From contig CT868241.1 of NCBI GenBank assembly GCA_000165425.1, positions 62,001-126,000 on the forward strand: a stretch of 64,000 nucleotides of DNA. The letters are read 5' to 3'. This DNA comes from Paramecium tetraurelia. Lineage: Eukaryota. The position numbers were made by a program, and so were the translations under genes. The notes beneath the pieces were generated by a model. That model was not told the DNA's origin, ran no database searches, and was given only the letters and a program-made list of their open reading frames with translations. Shown here piece after piece: positions 40,383 to 54,760 of this stretch (position 1 is its first letter; every line of letters begins with the position of its first letter).

Positions 40383-43300
40383 TCATTCTATCTTCTAAAT
40401 CTTTCCTTTATCCAAATATATTACTCTATCATACTTGTCTAAGTGATCCAATCTGTGAGTGATGACAATGAGGGTTTTATTCTCAGTAAATTTAAACAAA
40501 TATTCGTGAAGTAGCTAATCATCAATACAATAGTACTTTGTCAGTTTAAGGGTCAATATTTGAAGTTGCTTCGTCCAAACAGACAATAGACTTATTTTAT
40601 AAGACGATTCTCAAATAGTTGATTAATTATTTTTCCCCATTGGATAAATTGTTACCACCTTATTCAATATGCAAATCAGGTTTTAGCTAATTAAACTGAG
40701 TCAATAATTGATCTATTTATTGTTTGTCTATAGTTTATCCAGGATCCAGATTCTCATATAAAGATCCTTCAAAAAGAAATCCAAACTGAGGTACTATGGA
40801 TAATTAGGATCGTAGTTCTTATAATGATAAATATTATGCCTATATAAATAATAATAAATACTTCTTGTCCTTTAATTAACAAATTGCCTGTTTATTATTA
40901 ATAAAGTTAAAAAAGAACATTCATTATTGATGTTTTGCCAGATCCAGTTCTACCTACAATTGCTATTTTTTCATTCTTCTTAATTTTTAAGCTTAGCTAT
41001 TTAAGTTGATAATTAATCTAATCATACGAGAGACAGATTTCCTTAAACTCAATTTCAGTATCTAGATCTACAATTGGTTTAACTTTTAGATCGCATGAGT
41101 CATTGAAGTTTATTATCTTTATTAATGTGTTTTTCTTAAGTATATCTTCTTAAGGGATATCGTAGTATTATCTAATTCTCTCAACAGAGATAATCATTTA
41201 TTCAGTCTATAAGTAAAAATTGAATAATTCGTTGAAGTTATCAATAATTAAGATTGAATAAGTCAAAGCTAAAGATTTACTAGCATAATCATCAGGACTC
41301 AATAAAACAATAAAAGTAGAGAGTAACAATAATAAATTACAATTTAAGTTCAATCTCACAAAGTACCAAAACTTAGCTCTCAAACTGCTTTGCTCACATG
41401 CATTCCATGTATGTAATTTGTCTAAATAACAATCAAAGAAATAAGTCTATCTTTGTTAAGCTCTAATAGTTTTTAATCCCTTCTAAGTTTCATTGATCCA
41501 TCCAAGCAGTTCAGCATGATTAACTTATTTCAATCTCTTTAATTCCCTATTAGTTTTTATATATGTATTTGCAATATAATAATAAGCATAGAAAACTCCA
41601 ATTAATCCTATACTAATGTAAGGAAATAAGATAACTAGTCCAATAACAAATCCACATCCTCTTGCTAAAGCTTCTAAAAATATATCGAAACTCCAGGGCA
41701 ATAAACCATCAATAGTTTCCATATCACCTGATAATCTATTGATTATTCTACCAGCATTAGTTTTATCAAAGAATACCATTTTTGCTTTCATTATTGAATC
41801 ATTCAATTATTTGAAAATAGTCCACGATGATTTTAGTGATACTAAGACATAAAATGTTGCTCTAAATACTGTAACCCCTAATGCTAGTAGTAAGAGTTAA
41901 GTGAATGTTGAGGAAAATTTATCGTCAAAGTGTTGATTCTTCAACCAAAAATCAATATATGACAAAGCACCTTACAGTGAAAAATTGAAAATCAGATACA
42001 ATATTATTAAAGGCCATGCCATTGAAGAAAAATAATACAGCCAAACTTTAGTATCAACCTCTCCTATCTCCCTCTCTTCTAAATCCTAACCTTAATCATT
42101 ATTTTCATCCTTAACTGCTGCTTATTCCTCTTCATTATTTATATCCTCTGATTTTTTACTCATCTTTCTAATTATAGATGAGTCATTAATATTTTATTCA
42201 ATTATTGATCCTTGATCCATTAAAATTATATTGGCATTTTTTGGTATCTTATTTATAAAGTGCTGATTAGAGGTAATAAATAGAACTGTTTTATTGTTTA
42301 GATAATCTATAATTAGATTTTAGAATATTGCATTTGCAACCGGTATGTCAAGAGAAGAAAAAACATCATCAAATAAATAAATGTCTGTATTCTAATATAT
42401 AGCCCTCGCTAATGCTATCCTTTATTTTTAACCACCACTTAAGTTATTTCCATCTGGACCCACTAAATACTGATCAAAATTCTCAAATTTCTATATGTCT
42501 TCATTTAATTAGCATAATTCAACCACCTTTGTAAACAATTATTAATTATATTCTTAACCGAAACAGATATTTTATCTAATTGTTTAATTTTGAATCCAAT
42601 TGTTTTAGGAGCAAAATGAAATAGTTCCTCCTATTTATTTTGATTTCTCTTTCATGTCTTATAATTCATTTAATATTACATTAAAGAGAGTACTCTTACC
42701 TGATCCAATAGGTCCAACAATAAAATTAAGAGTTTGTTTCTTTATTTATAAGTTATTAATTCTTAAACTAAAGTCATCACTTAATTTATATATTCCATCT
42801 TCTATCTTCAAAATAATCTCGCTATTTCCAAATATTTAATTTCCCTTTATATCAAGTACATCCGCTTAATTAAAATAAGTATTCACTCTTTTTATTGACA
42901 CAATAGCACTGAATAGGAAATTTATACAAAATGGTAATATTCCTAAAGGATAACTACAAAATTATAATGATTTCTTACATCATGGTATTGAATATAGCAA
43001 TCAATGTAAAAACATTCAAATCTATTAAATTGACCTTGCTATTTTGGATATAAAAATAAAGCAATATGTAATTGATGTTATTCCAAAATAATACTAAAAG
43101 ACCATCAAATATTTTGACTATCACAAGCATTTCAAATTCCATTTTCCTCTTGAAAATTAATTTGTTACTAAATATTTACTCCCATGAAAGATATTTAATT
43201 TATTTTATACCATGTAATACATCTGTAGTCAAATTGATTCTCTAATCTTTCCTTTAAAACAAACGTTCTTATGCTTGCATCATTATAAAAGTTACAATAA

Positions 43301-44096
43301 AATTGAAAACTTAGGCACAAAAAATTACTATTAAAATTACATTGCCTGCATGCACATCTTTATAATATAGGAATGATATGCATCCTATAAGCATACAACA
43401 AGCTAAAGTTCCCTCTTTTAAAGAAAAATGAAGTTGTTTAATCTATTCAATATCATTTGTTATCAAAGTCTAAATACGTTATCAAGTCAATTACATTTAT
43501 ATTTGGGATTTTTTAATCTTTTTAATGTTAATGGGTTGCAAGCAATTTTTTGTATAATTCATAATTACATAATACATCTAGCTTTCCTAAGAATTGCGTT
43601 ACTTGATGAGTTTGAATTGAAGATAGATAGGTTCTAGAGTAGTTAACTATTACAAATACTTAGTAAACGAAAAAATGAGGAGTAAAATCAAATATAGAAC
43701 ATAATAAGAACTCTCCTCTTTTAAAGAATCAGTAAACAAATCCAACATCAAAATATTAGCTAATTGTAAAATAGACGCGACGATTTGTTGGAAGAAAATA
43801 AATACAGAGTTTGTCATCTAACGATAAAATAATTCTTTACTAAAATTTGTTTCATTTTTTTGTAAATACTTGTTGATTCATTACTACAGGTTAACTCCAT
43901 ATATTTACTTATTGTAATGCTTCAGGATGTAGTTGGAATCAGTTATTTTCACGCAGTATTCTTACAATGAATTATTTTAGAGTTATTCTCTTTTATTATT
44001 AATCAATCTAATCATTTTCGAAATTCTTGTGTATAGCCAGTCATCCTTATGGGTTTATATGTCTCGCTACTCTAATAAAGGATCACTGATTTTCAT
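40383..44096 (-). CDS. ABC transporter, C subfamily (MRP-like)
   Basis: Two TMD-NBD halves; GPIGSGKS, NLSGGQKQRIALARAIY, FDDVFSSLD; FFDKTNAGRIINRLSGD; VGRTGSGKT, LSNGEKQ, LDEATSN. Confidence 0.93.
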
Positions 44097-44251
44097 TTTA
44101 ATTAAATATTTATTTCAATATATGTGATTTTCCATATCGAAACCATAATTAATTTTATAATATAGTAGTAATCGAAAATATGAATATCAATAATCATGTC
44201 GTTTTTTTAAATTATTCTGCTTTTATTAAAAATGAACTTAATTGATTAATT

Positions 44252-45822
44252 TCATTCATATTTTTATACAGGCGAACTATCAAACCTAAATAATCTTAAT
44301 TAAAAATTACTGTCATCATTTAAAATTACATAATCATACGGACTTATTGACTTTAGAATTTTTCTGAAATGAGTACTCTTTTACAATACGATATATAATT
44401 CTGACATTATATCTACTTTTATGATGATATCGATAAATTCATTTTATTAAACATATGATTTGCAAAGATATATCTAAATGATCTCTGCTTTGGTTTTAAA
44501 TATATGAGTGAAGAAATGAATCATAAATTCATCCAAAGAATTCTCAATGGTGGAAATTTCTTTAATTTCTGGACAACATTCGATCTTGATTTTTTTTTAA
44601 TCGTAGGCTTAAGAATACAGTTTTGCATATTTTTTAAAACTCAATAAAAATGATTGATTGGTGATTTTACATGAAGTTTTATTCCTAAACTTTGAAAAAA
44701 TGTACATTAATTTAATTATGGCTTGATAGATTGAATTTTAATTATGATTTAATGATTTGTCCAAAATAAATATTTGCTATTTCAAAAAGTTTCTAAAATG
44801 GCTTAGGAATTTATTCAAACCTTATTCATAGTAAACTAATTTTTAATTCAAATTCTGAATCTCCTATCTTTTCTTATCAATAATCAAAATAAAAATTAAT
44901 TCTGTAATGTAACATTCTGAATAGCGAATACATAGTTTCTATTCTTGGATTGTGTGGTTGATTGACTTTACTTCTAAAATTTTATTCACTATTAAATCCT
45001 CTGACTTCTTTTGTCGAGTCAACAAAAACTTCTCCAAAGACTGCCCAAATATCACATAGTTACGGAGGATAAAATTAAGAGCATCATGAGTGGTCTAAAA
45101 TTATTTAAACTCCTGATGATTTTGGAGATTACTGAATTTTTATTTAAATTGCAAGTTATCTTTATCATAAGTACACAGCACAAAAGGACTATCAGTTAAT
45201 AAGGGTATCAATTATTCTAAAATTTAATTATTTAATAGCGAATACCTTATTAACTGTCTTTTACTTTGAATAAGAATGACAATCTATACTATTAATGTAC
45301 TTTAAATGATGAATAGAGGAACATCAATCCGACGACAATAGAATAAATTATGTTTACATAGGGCATTGATGGCTGATAATATTTGGACAGTACTATCTTT
45401 ATCGTCATGTTTCCAAAAATCTAAATGGAACCGAATTTAAATTCAGAAACCAGAATGATCATAATATTTAATAACATTTAATTCTATCCGAATACAAACG
45501 CTTCTTATTTCTCAAACTCATCCTCAACAAATTATTGTTGTAACATCAAAAAATGATTTAGCAATAACAAATAATAATCTACCCACTTTCTTTTGTTATT
45601 AAATATGAAAAATTGAGCCGATATGACGACAATTAGTAGGAAGAGATATATAAAAAATTCAACCATTTGATTCTGAATAATAAAAGTAACACTTTGAAAT
45701 AGGAGCAACAAAAAACAAATTGCATTCAAACATTTACATATAGGAAGAGTATATAGATACCGAAAATCCTGATACTTTTGTTCCAAATTTTCACATCTAA
45801 AAGTAAGAGTGTATTTATTCAT
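44252..45822 (-). CDS. Multi-TM protein resembling a degenerate ciliate sensor histidine kinase
   Basis: MNKYTLTFRCENLEQKYQ followed by about 5-6 TM helices, a PAS-like cytosolic region and a C-terminal RKILKSISP; no intact H-box, N-box or G-boxes seen. Confidence 0.55.
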
Positions 45823-46348
45823 TTATTAAAATATATTTATTTATATAAAATGATAATAGAAACAAAATGGAATATCTGTGATAAAGCTATATTTACAATG
45901 CTACATTGCCATGATGAAAAAAATTAGAAAAATTTATTGATAAGACCTTGAATAATTTAGTATCTTAAATTATTATGTTATATTTATAGTTTATTTTAAA
46001 AACAAATTATTATTTCTTATTTAATTATGTAAAATATTCATAAAACAATTTATAATTATCTACAAGTCAAATTTTAAAAATACATATTTATTTTTTTTAA
46101 TCCTCTTATTTGGAACCAATTGTTGATAAATAACAAAAAAGTTTGATTTAAACGAATTAGATTTAACAACATAAGTTTTAAAATTAATTAATCAAAAATT
46201 ATAACTATAAACAGTTTTCATTATTGCTATTTCGTAATCATATACAACTCTTCTATTTTGTTAAGAAATCGATTATGTCGTTGTTAAATATCTTTTATTT
46301 ATTTATTATATTTTTTTAAATTATCGAATGATTGATCATGTTAAGGTC

Positions 46349-46667
46349 TCAAAATATGTAAATAATTTACATTTTTTATGATTATACATGGGATTATGCT
46401 AATTTAGAATTTGTGTCTATTTTTTCTGGAGTTTTTGAATGTATTTTAGGTAATTTGAGACAATATAGATCCTTTTCAGAGGATTGGTTGTTTGTTTACT
46501 AGTTATTTCTTTCTGATAACTAAATTTTATTGCTTAATCGCTTAAATTTTAATTTAAAGAATGATTACTAGCCTCTCATTTGATTTCGTTATTAGTGGAA
46601 GCTAAATGAATGGTCTATGTTAATGAATTGTGATTTTCTATAAGTGTTTTTCAGAAAGACATATCAT
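46349..46667 (-). CDS. Possible small hypothetical protein
   Basis: MICLSEKHLQKITIHQHRPFIQLPLITK, a 28-nt GT..AG intron, then ...LKLPKIHSKTPEK... Confidence 0.35.
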
Positions 46668-47248
46668 TAAATTAATTATATTTAATTATGTTATGTTGAA
46701 TCAAATGAAATATTATATTTAATTGTTTCTATCATTGGTTGGTTTTAAATATTTCTGAAATTTTTTAAACATCCAATAATCAGAAGATGATATATAGAAA
46801 ATTTTAATAATAAAAAGTAATCAAAATCAATTTCGATTGAATTGAATTAAATAAGTAATTAGAATTTCTATCAAATTAGGTGATGATTAAACAACATGTT
46901 TCAAAACCTTTTTGATATAAGAATAAATATTCATTATTTAATTTAATGAAAAACAAGATTTTAAGAAATTTCAAATTTGATTAATTAATGATTTCGAATT
47001 ACTGCACTCTCTATCTGTAGAAAGACAGGTATGAGCAGCTCGAATTAATTGAAGGAAATATACAAATTTTATTATATAATCAAACGATTATTTTTATAGT
47101 CTCTAAATATTTTAGTAGATTATTGTTTTGATGATGTGAATCCTCTCAAAACAACATAAGTTATTAAAATTATAATGTATATCTTAACTAAGAAATATGC
47201 AAATTTAATTTATAAATTTTAAATTAGATAGAAATTTATTGTTAATTT

Positions 47249-48427
47249 TCAAGCACAAGAATTTGAAGATCCAGTCCATGTAAAACGTCCTAATCTGCAC
47301 CTTGAGTAATATCTGCTTGTGCTTACTTAAGAAGGAAATGAGCTTGCGCCTATCATATAAGCTTTTGTGGTGGATTGAGTTATAGTTCCAGTTTAGCAAT
47401 ATTTTGATCCTGTAACACAACCCGCTGTCATTACGCTAGAGAAACTGTTCATCTCAATCTTATCAAGTGAATATAAATTAGCACTGCTCTATGGTTATGT
47501 ACCATCGTAAGACCATAACCATCTTATAGTGAAAGAAAGCGATGCGTCACTGCCATCAAGTTTTGAGGGTCTAATTATTATGATATCAGACAATGAACCT
47601 AAAATTCCAAATTATTCGGCAGGAATGACTAGTAATTCCAAGTATCCATTATCGGCATAAGTAGTCCAAGTTATTTAAGTAGATTGTAATTATGATGTTA
47701 ATGTAATAGTGATACGATTGAAGTGTGCAAACCCAAAATTGATTAAATATTTATTAGATATGTAGAAAGGCTGATATGATCTTAATTTTAGAAAGTAGGC
47801 ATCTGTCATTCTCCATAACACAGTGTAATAATCTTGTTTTTTATTGGGTGTACTAGAAAAAGTCAATGTGACATCATCTCTAATTGCTTGCATGGATTCG
47901 TAGATAGCTTTCTCCAAATATTATGGGTGAATCTCTGGGTCAACCAGATCATATTGCATCTACACATAGGCATTCATAATATTCAACAATTCTGCTGAAG
48001 AGGCTGTCAAAATGTTCACTGTTAATATTTCATATTTATATTATGAGGTGTACTTAGCAGTCATTATGGTAGTCACCAAATAGCCACTTGTTGTTTTTGT
48101 TGAATATAATTAAGTAATATCTGTAGGGAATCTTGCATAAGCATACATCATAGTAGTCTAATCGTTTTCCATGCATTAATTCAGAAAATTTGGATCGACC
48201 GTAGTTATTTCTTTGCATTTACTTTAAGTCGCCAGATATCCACTTGTGGAAGATCTGCAAGCCCTTACATCAGTAACTTTATGGCATTCTGCCAATTAAC
48301 AAGCACTACCTGTCCAATAACAATAGCCTGAATTAGTTGCACATGTGGCCGAATTCATTCCTACACAATTTGCAGTTTAACTGAGCACCTAACTAAGTGA
48401 TGCAATGAATATAAGGAAATTTTTCAT
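47249..48427 (-). CDS. Secreted/surface Cys- and Thr-rich protein (surface-antigen/mini-antigen-like)
   Basis: Signal peptide MKNFLIFIASLSQVLS; CATNSGYCYWTGSAC at the N-terminus and CRLGRFTWTGSSNSCA* at the C-terminus resemble Paramecium surface-antigen repeats. Confidence 0.7.
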
Positions 48428-48557
48428 AAAATTTTGTATTATATATTAAAGTTAAAGCAAGTTTAAACTTAGAATTTATATACTAAGAATATACAAACAT
48501 ATATTACTATGGTTTATAAATGGTACTAATTTATTTCAAATGCATTATTTATATAAT

Positions 48558-49223
48558 ATGATTTATTCATTTGCCAGATAATCATTTTAAGCAATCTTTT
48601 AAACAGTAAAAGAGGTATTAGACTTCTCCAATACGACTCTGTATGACACATTCATTTCTCATCCGATTACTTCACTAACATATGAAAAGCTAAGTGAAAG
48701 AATTACTGGAAAATAGAAGAGAATTTTGGATGTTGGAGTTGGCACTGGTGTTCCTCTGCATAAAACAATCAATTAGTTTCCTCCAGACTGTGAGATTACG
48801 GCAATCGATATAGATCATACTTACTTAAGCAAGGCAGTCCAATTATTTAAAGACAAACCTTAAGTGAAAATACTTGAATTGGATTTCTATCAAATGAAAC
48901 CTGAAATCCATGGAAAATTCGATGCCATCGTCTTTTCTTCCTCCTTCCCCATACTTCATCAACAATAAGAAGCTCTTCAAATAGCGAAATCACTGCTTAA
49001 TCCAGAGGGAATCATATATTTTATGCTTACTTTGAGTGATTCTCATTTTGGTGAAAGTTTGAAATACATCACGAGCATCGACTTGCATTTAGAGTCTGAA
49101 AGGGCCTTTGAGGAATTACTTAAACAATCTTCGCTACATATCATTCATAAATAACGATTACAAAAGGTAGCAAACATACCAACTCTGTTATTAAAGGTGT
49201 ATATTTATGAAACTAAATTATGA
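48558..49223 (+). CDS. Class I SAM-dependent methyltransferase
   Basis: ILDVGVGTG, ITAIDID, FDAIVFSSSF, LLNPEGIIYF; intronless, 221 aa. Confidence 0.88.
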
Positions 49224-49301
49224 TATCAAATTAGATAAATAATTAAAGGAATATATATATATAAATAATGAACTAAAATTTTATATATAAAATTCAGAAC
49301 C

Positions 49302-49561
49302 TCACAGTGTTTTGTAAACTATTTAATTACTTAAAACAATTACTATTATAATTTAGCAATTTGTCTATTAGATCTACATGTGTTAGTATCATTCTCCTGC
49401 AGCAATATCTCTCTAAACCCAATCGATCCAAAGCCTCTCCAGTTGTTACACCATCCTAGAGCAATTGCACATAATCACTCCATAAATGACCCACTACCTA
49501 ATCGATTCCATCAACATCAAATTACCTTTCCACAAGTAAAACATCTAATAGGAATAATCAT
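49302..49561 (-). CDS. RPB10: RNA polymerase I/II/III subunit RPABC5 (RPB10)
   Basis: [62 protein letters not shown]; two tiny introns. Confidence 0.97.
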
Positions 49562-49620
49562 GAATTAATCTTAATTATTTAAATAAAATATTGTTTTCAA
49601 TCCATCATATTAAACTATCA

Positions 49621-50703
49621 TCATGCTTCCAAATATAATTAAATGTCCTAAATGCAATTCGCATCCTAAGTCTTCAAAGTCTTTCCATCTATCTTGAATT
49701 TCCCATTCCATCCCTTCCTACTCCTTATCGACTTAATCCTCTTCCAAGACTGAGAACCACTCGTACTCTCGCACAAATCAATTGAAACTCCATTGAAATT
49801 GCATTCGTAATATCCCAATGGACACAACATCCCATCATTTTATACCAATCCCAAAGTCATATCTATCTGACCTAACAAATACTAATGACCATTCTTACTT
49901 ATCCCCACACCCGGCTTTTCTTACTCGTATTCAAACTACCCCAATTGAATCATTAATGCTCCATAGAAATTTGAGATCTTGCTTACCCCATAAATCAGAT
50001 TCTCTGGAGTTCCTTCTAAATCCACGAATTCGTCAGTCTTTTGGTTGATATTTATTAACGATTTCGCTTTCACGATATTTTGTGGTCCCGCTATATAACT
50101 AACACATTAAAATTATTTTTTATACCAAATATATATGTCTTTTAAAACATGTTCAGACTAATTATTCAACGCAACATCGAAACTATTAACTTATTAATTG
50201 GTTATTGACAGTTAAAACTTTAGGTCTCCTTTCTGTGATTCTTTTTGAAATCCTGCCAAAAATATTTAAATAGTTGGGATTACCCAAAATTCTCTTTTTG
50301 CAAATTTATATCTCATAAATACCTTCCAAAATTTATTGTTGAGGTTTTTTAGATGGTTTCACAATTCAATTTCATTCTATCATCAATCACTGCTAGCCAT
50401 TGATATTCGAGATGATCAATTTTAGATTTATGATTCGTTATCTGCAATTAAAATCCTTTATACCACATATTTCATACCTTGTTGAGTGATTTATAATAGT
50501 TTAGGTTCAATCCCTATATTTCTAGGAACCTCATTATTAACGTGTATTGCTATAAGAGATATGCCTACTTGGGGAATTTATTCGAATTTGTTGTCGAATT
50601 ACACAAAAGCCAATCTTTTGTCATGAGGGAACAAAACATCAAATGTTACTTTTCCAATTTATAGAGTGAGAACTTGGTTCACTAAAAGTACTATAATTAA
50701 CAT
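49621..50703 (-). CDS. Secreted H-type lectin-domain protein
   Basis: Signal peptide MLIIVLLVNQVLT; VQFDNKFEQIPQVGISL...ITQQGFQLQI...LEYQWLA fits the H-lectin pattern. Confidence 0.65.
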
Positions 50704-51766
50704 TTTTATTAATGAATTATATATTAAATGCATTAATCATATATAGATATCATAAGTTCTAGATTAACAAGAAACAATATGTTATTTGTGATTCAGAGAA
50801 GAAAACTATATAAATTTATTTGTTATTTTTATAATAATCTCTGAACTAACAGAATTTTTCACATTGATTCATCCATTAATTCTATTAAGAATTTGAGTCT
50901 AATAAATACATTAAATAGATTTTAATTATATATAATGACAACATTTATATGAGTGATTTTCCATAGTATATAAGTTTTTATAAGATAAATATAATTCAAT
51001 AATTAAATTATTAATTATGATGTTAATAACTTCTTATCTACATTACTTGATAAGTATATGAAACTAAAAGACATCTGAATAATTATTCTGCATATTATAA
51101 TATGAAAATAATATATCGTGTTTTTCCAAAGTTGAAGTTCATATAAGCCTCATCCTCCTTCCATTTATGCTCCGCTTTATCTTTTAGTAAAATTAAGCTC
51201 AATATCGACATCATTCGCATAAATAGAATGCTCATAAGATATCGTATTCTAAAGACAACTCAATTAAGAGTAGAAATAGTAAATTTCCTGTACCTCCTTG
51301 AATTCATGTTTTAATTATTAAATTGTGGATCTGCAATTTAAACTCTAACTGTGGAAGAATAGATAATTTAAATTCTAAAATACTATGTTTCACTCTATTA
51401 ATGTCCCTATTAAGAGAGTTAAAATAATTTGTTATTATTTTTTTGTGACAGAATTATAAAAGTAATCAAAAAATGAATTTAATTAGTCTAGGTGATCAAT
51501 ACAGAGAGAAGTATAGTAAATGAGTTATTTCTTATCAAGAAATATTATTAAATATTAATAAATTATTGATGAGAAAAAGAATAAACTTTTTAAGAGATGA
51601 AAACTTCAATTGGATATCGTTATAAACCGAAATCAATTCTTCAACTTTAATATTCTTTTAATCACTTAGAAAATTATTCAATCTATTTTATTCTTCTCTT
51701 CTAGACACTGAATTCTTTTATTATAATTTCAGAGATCAAAATAATTAAATTATATTTTATTATAAA

Positions 51767-53018
51767 ATGAAAACAGAATCAGATAATGAAATAGAGACTT
51801 TATAAACGATGTGGAAAAACATAAAGTATTATGAAATCTAATCAATAGACAACGTATGGAATCCAAACATGATGATTCAGATATTTTTTAACAGCCTCCA
51901 TAATAGATTACAATCAATAGCCCATATGCTGCTAAAAATTATTAAGTGCAAATTTAAGCTTTGCAGGATGAGTTGTTCCAAAAAAACACTAAATTGATAG
52001 CTGCCCAATAATAATTGAATTAGATTAGCGATGAAAATTCATAATTATAAGATGAATTAGAGTAAGTGAAAGTTGAAAATTCGTTAATGAAATAGAAGTT
52101 AGAATTAATAGAATCACAAATAGATTCGATTTAGGCAGACAAAGACAGTCTGAAATTAATAAGGTTAGAGAATGAATAGTTGAGAATTGATGTAAAAAAA
52201 TTACTTGAATTATTAAGAAAAACAAAGGAATATAATAATATTGGTTTTGATGAAAACTAATCATATGTTAAAGGGAGTGTTAAGTTTGACACCAGGAAAT
52301 CTAAGATAGATGAAACGTATATGATTATTTAAATGTATTTATAGAAATTGGGTTCCCACTAAATGTATTGAATTGATGTAAGATTATGATAATAAGGAAG
52401 AAGTCTTGTTGCAATTGAGTAACTAATTTCATAATTGTTATGTTGAAAAGATAAATAAATTAAAATAGAATTCTCAATAAGAAGTTGAGTAATTAAAAAG
52501 GCAATTGGATAGCAGAACTACAGTTGATGGAATGCAACAATAGAAGTAAATAGAAAGATTGAAGAAATAAAAAAATGGAAGTGGCAAGGATAAAGTGGGC
52601 ATTTCTTAATTGCAAGATTGTTTTAATTTGATCAAATAAAAGGAATTAATAATCATAGAACTTTAGTAAAGGATCCAAGAGATGAATTAGTAAATGAATG
52701 CAGATGAAAATTATGGCAGTATGAAAAAGCAAGTATTCATTGAAGGGGCTTAATGGATGCGTATTAAATAATCTAATAATAATAGTGGCTAAGATATTGG
52801 ATGAAGTAATTGCTTATGAAATTAGTTTAAATGAATTGAATTACGATGTAGCAATTAAAATAGAGAGTCTAATGAGTTCTGAAGATATAGTTCAATAATA
52901 AATCATAAACAAAGTCTATTATTGGATAACTGATACTTCAAGAGAATTAATTGACACTTTTAAAGATAAGCTATAATCAATTATGAATACTACAAATAGT
53001 AGAATTTAATAGTTATGA
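51767..53018 (+). CDS. Hypothetical coiled-coil protein
   Basis: MKTESDNEIETLQTMWKNIK..., heptad-rich, short introns. Confidence 0.6.
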
Positions 53019-53043
53019 ATATAAAATATATATAAAAACAAAC

Positions 53044-54063
53044 TCAATTCGACTTAATTTTGTATTTGTAAAACTCATTCAAAATAGTAGTAATAATAGT
53101 AAAGAAGAGTGCGTATATGATTTCTTTGATGATGTAAAAAATGAAATCGGCAAGAGTTTGTTCTAAGATAAAGTAGGATATAAAAATGAGGATGACCAAG
53201 GTCAGTGATCCAACTATGGTTCTGTGAAAGGTGATCTTCTCATATTTATCATTTAATTTCTTCAATTAAACCACCATCAATCCAGACAGCAATATGATTG
53301 AGTTATTGAGTATGAATCTAAAATAGTTAGTAATAATAATTTACAAGTATGTTATTGAAAATACGTATCCACAAATTAATAGTAAGTAGACGTCGAGACC
53401 TGTAGAAATCAATAAGGCGTAAAGAAGTTAGTATTTGATGATTAGTGTAAATATATTATTATATATACAAATACTCCAATCATGGCCTTTGCAATTTTAT
53501 TTGCAATCCCAACAAAATTCAAATTTACAAACTTAACATGTCATGTGTGAACAACCACCATTTTTAGTAATTTTAACTTCACATCTAGGACATTAATAAG
53601 TAGTGGTAAATTCAGTAATTTCATTCAAAAGTGTTTTATATGAAATCTGGTCATAAGTTTATAAGCGAGTTTAGCAGATTTCACAAATATCAACACAATA
53701 GGATTTACAAGGTTTTAAATAATAGAATTCGCAATTTGAGTTTGGACATTATTAGACATCAATAGATTTTTTACAATAGCTTTTAAATAATTGGTCATGA
53801 ATATCTTAAATGAAAGAGTTTCTGATGGCTAATTATTCGATAGAATCAAAGTAAAGGGTTTATTAACAACCTCCTGGACAATCGATATTTAAATGTGTAC
53901 CATCAGATGTCCAAAACTCTTCTATTTTTATCTAGGTTTATAATTTAAATCCAATTACCTTGGTGTAGTGTTTAATACAGTTTAGACACACTTTGCAATT
54001 GCATTCCAACAAGGACAATCCAGTGTGTTCATAACAAATTTCACAGAAATTTTGAACTTGCAT
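53044..54063 (-). CDS. RBR-family E3 ubiquitin ligase with C-terminal membrane helices
   Basis: RING1-like CEICYE...CNCKVCLNC; IBR-like CPNSNC...CEIC; RING2 [30 protein letters not shown]; hydrophobic C-terminus. Confidence 0.8.
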
Positions 54064-54285
54064 AGTGATTATTATTAAATGTATAATTTATGCTAAAATT
54101 ATTAGCAAAATATTGAGAAAGAATTATCAAACAAGGTATTTATTGGAATATAAAACATTTAAATGAATTTGATATTCTATTGTAAAAATATTAACAGTTA
54201 TACTAAGTAATGAATAAAACTCAATTCAATCTTAATTACATAGTTTATTAAAAATAAATTATATATATATATATCATACATTGAT

Positions 54286-54760
54286 ATGGAGTAGGAGAAG
54301 ACCAAAAAAACATAGAAGGATTATGATATTGAGGCAGCAGAAGAGTTGAAATAGCTAGCACTTCCTGGAGACTTGGTTGGCAATGTTTCTGCCACTTTGT
54401 TAAAATCAGTTTAGAAAGTGTAGAATGAAGATATTAAGCTTCTTGCTCTATCAAAATTTCATTAGACTCTATGCAAATTCACAGTTCAAAATGTTTCAGG
54501 GGTAAATATGAAGAAGATTTCATTAGGAATTGCTCCAAAAGTTACCAAATGATAAATTGCTAATCTTCTTCGATTATGTGAATTATTCATTCGAGTGTTT
54601 GAGCAAGGGCGTGAAGTTACCTGAAACTAGCAACTCATATAATGCAACTTTCTTGTTGAATGTCTATAATAAATTGGTAGAATTACGAGGATTGCCAATT
54701 ATTATAGAGTCAATAAGTTAGAAGAAAACATTACCAACCCAAATTATTACAATTAAGTGA
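54286..54760 (+). CDS. ARPC5: Arp2/3 complex subunit 5 (p16-Arc), divergent
   Basis: IKLLALSKFHQTLCKF...LLQKLPNDKLLIFFDYVNYSFE...ATFLLNVYNKLVELRGLPIIIESISQKKTL aligns by eye with the ARPC5 C-terminal half; about 149 aa. Confidence 0.65.

Noticed and set aside
51000..51720. Coding-like fragments
   Set aside because: Interrupted by TGA in the frames tried; no recognisable product
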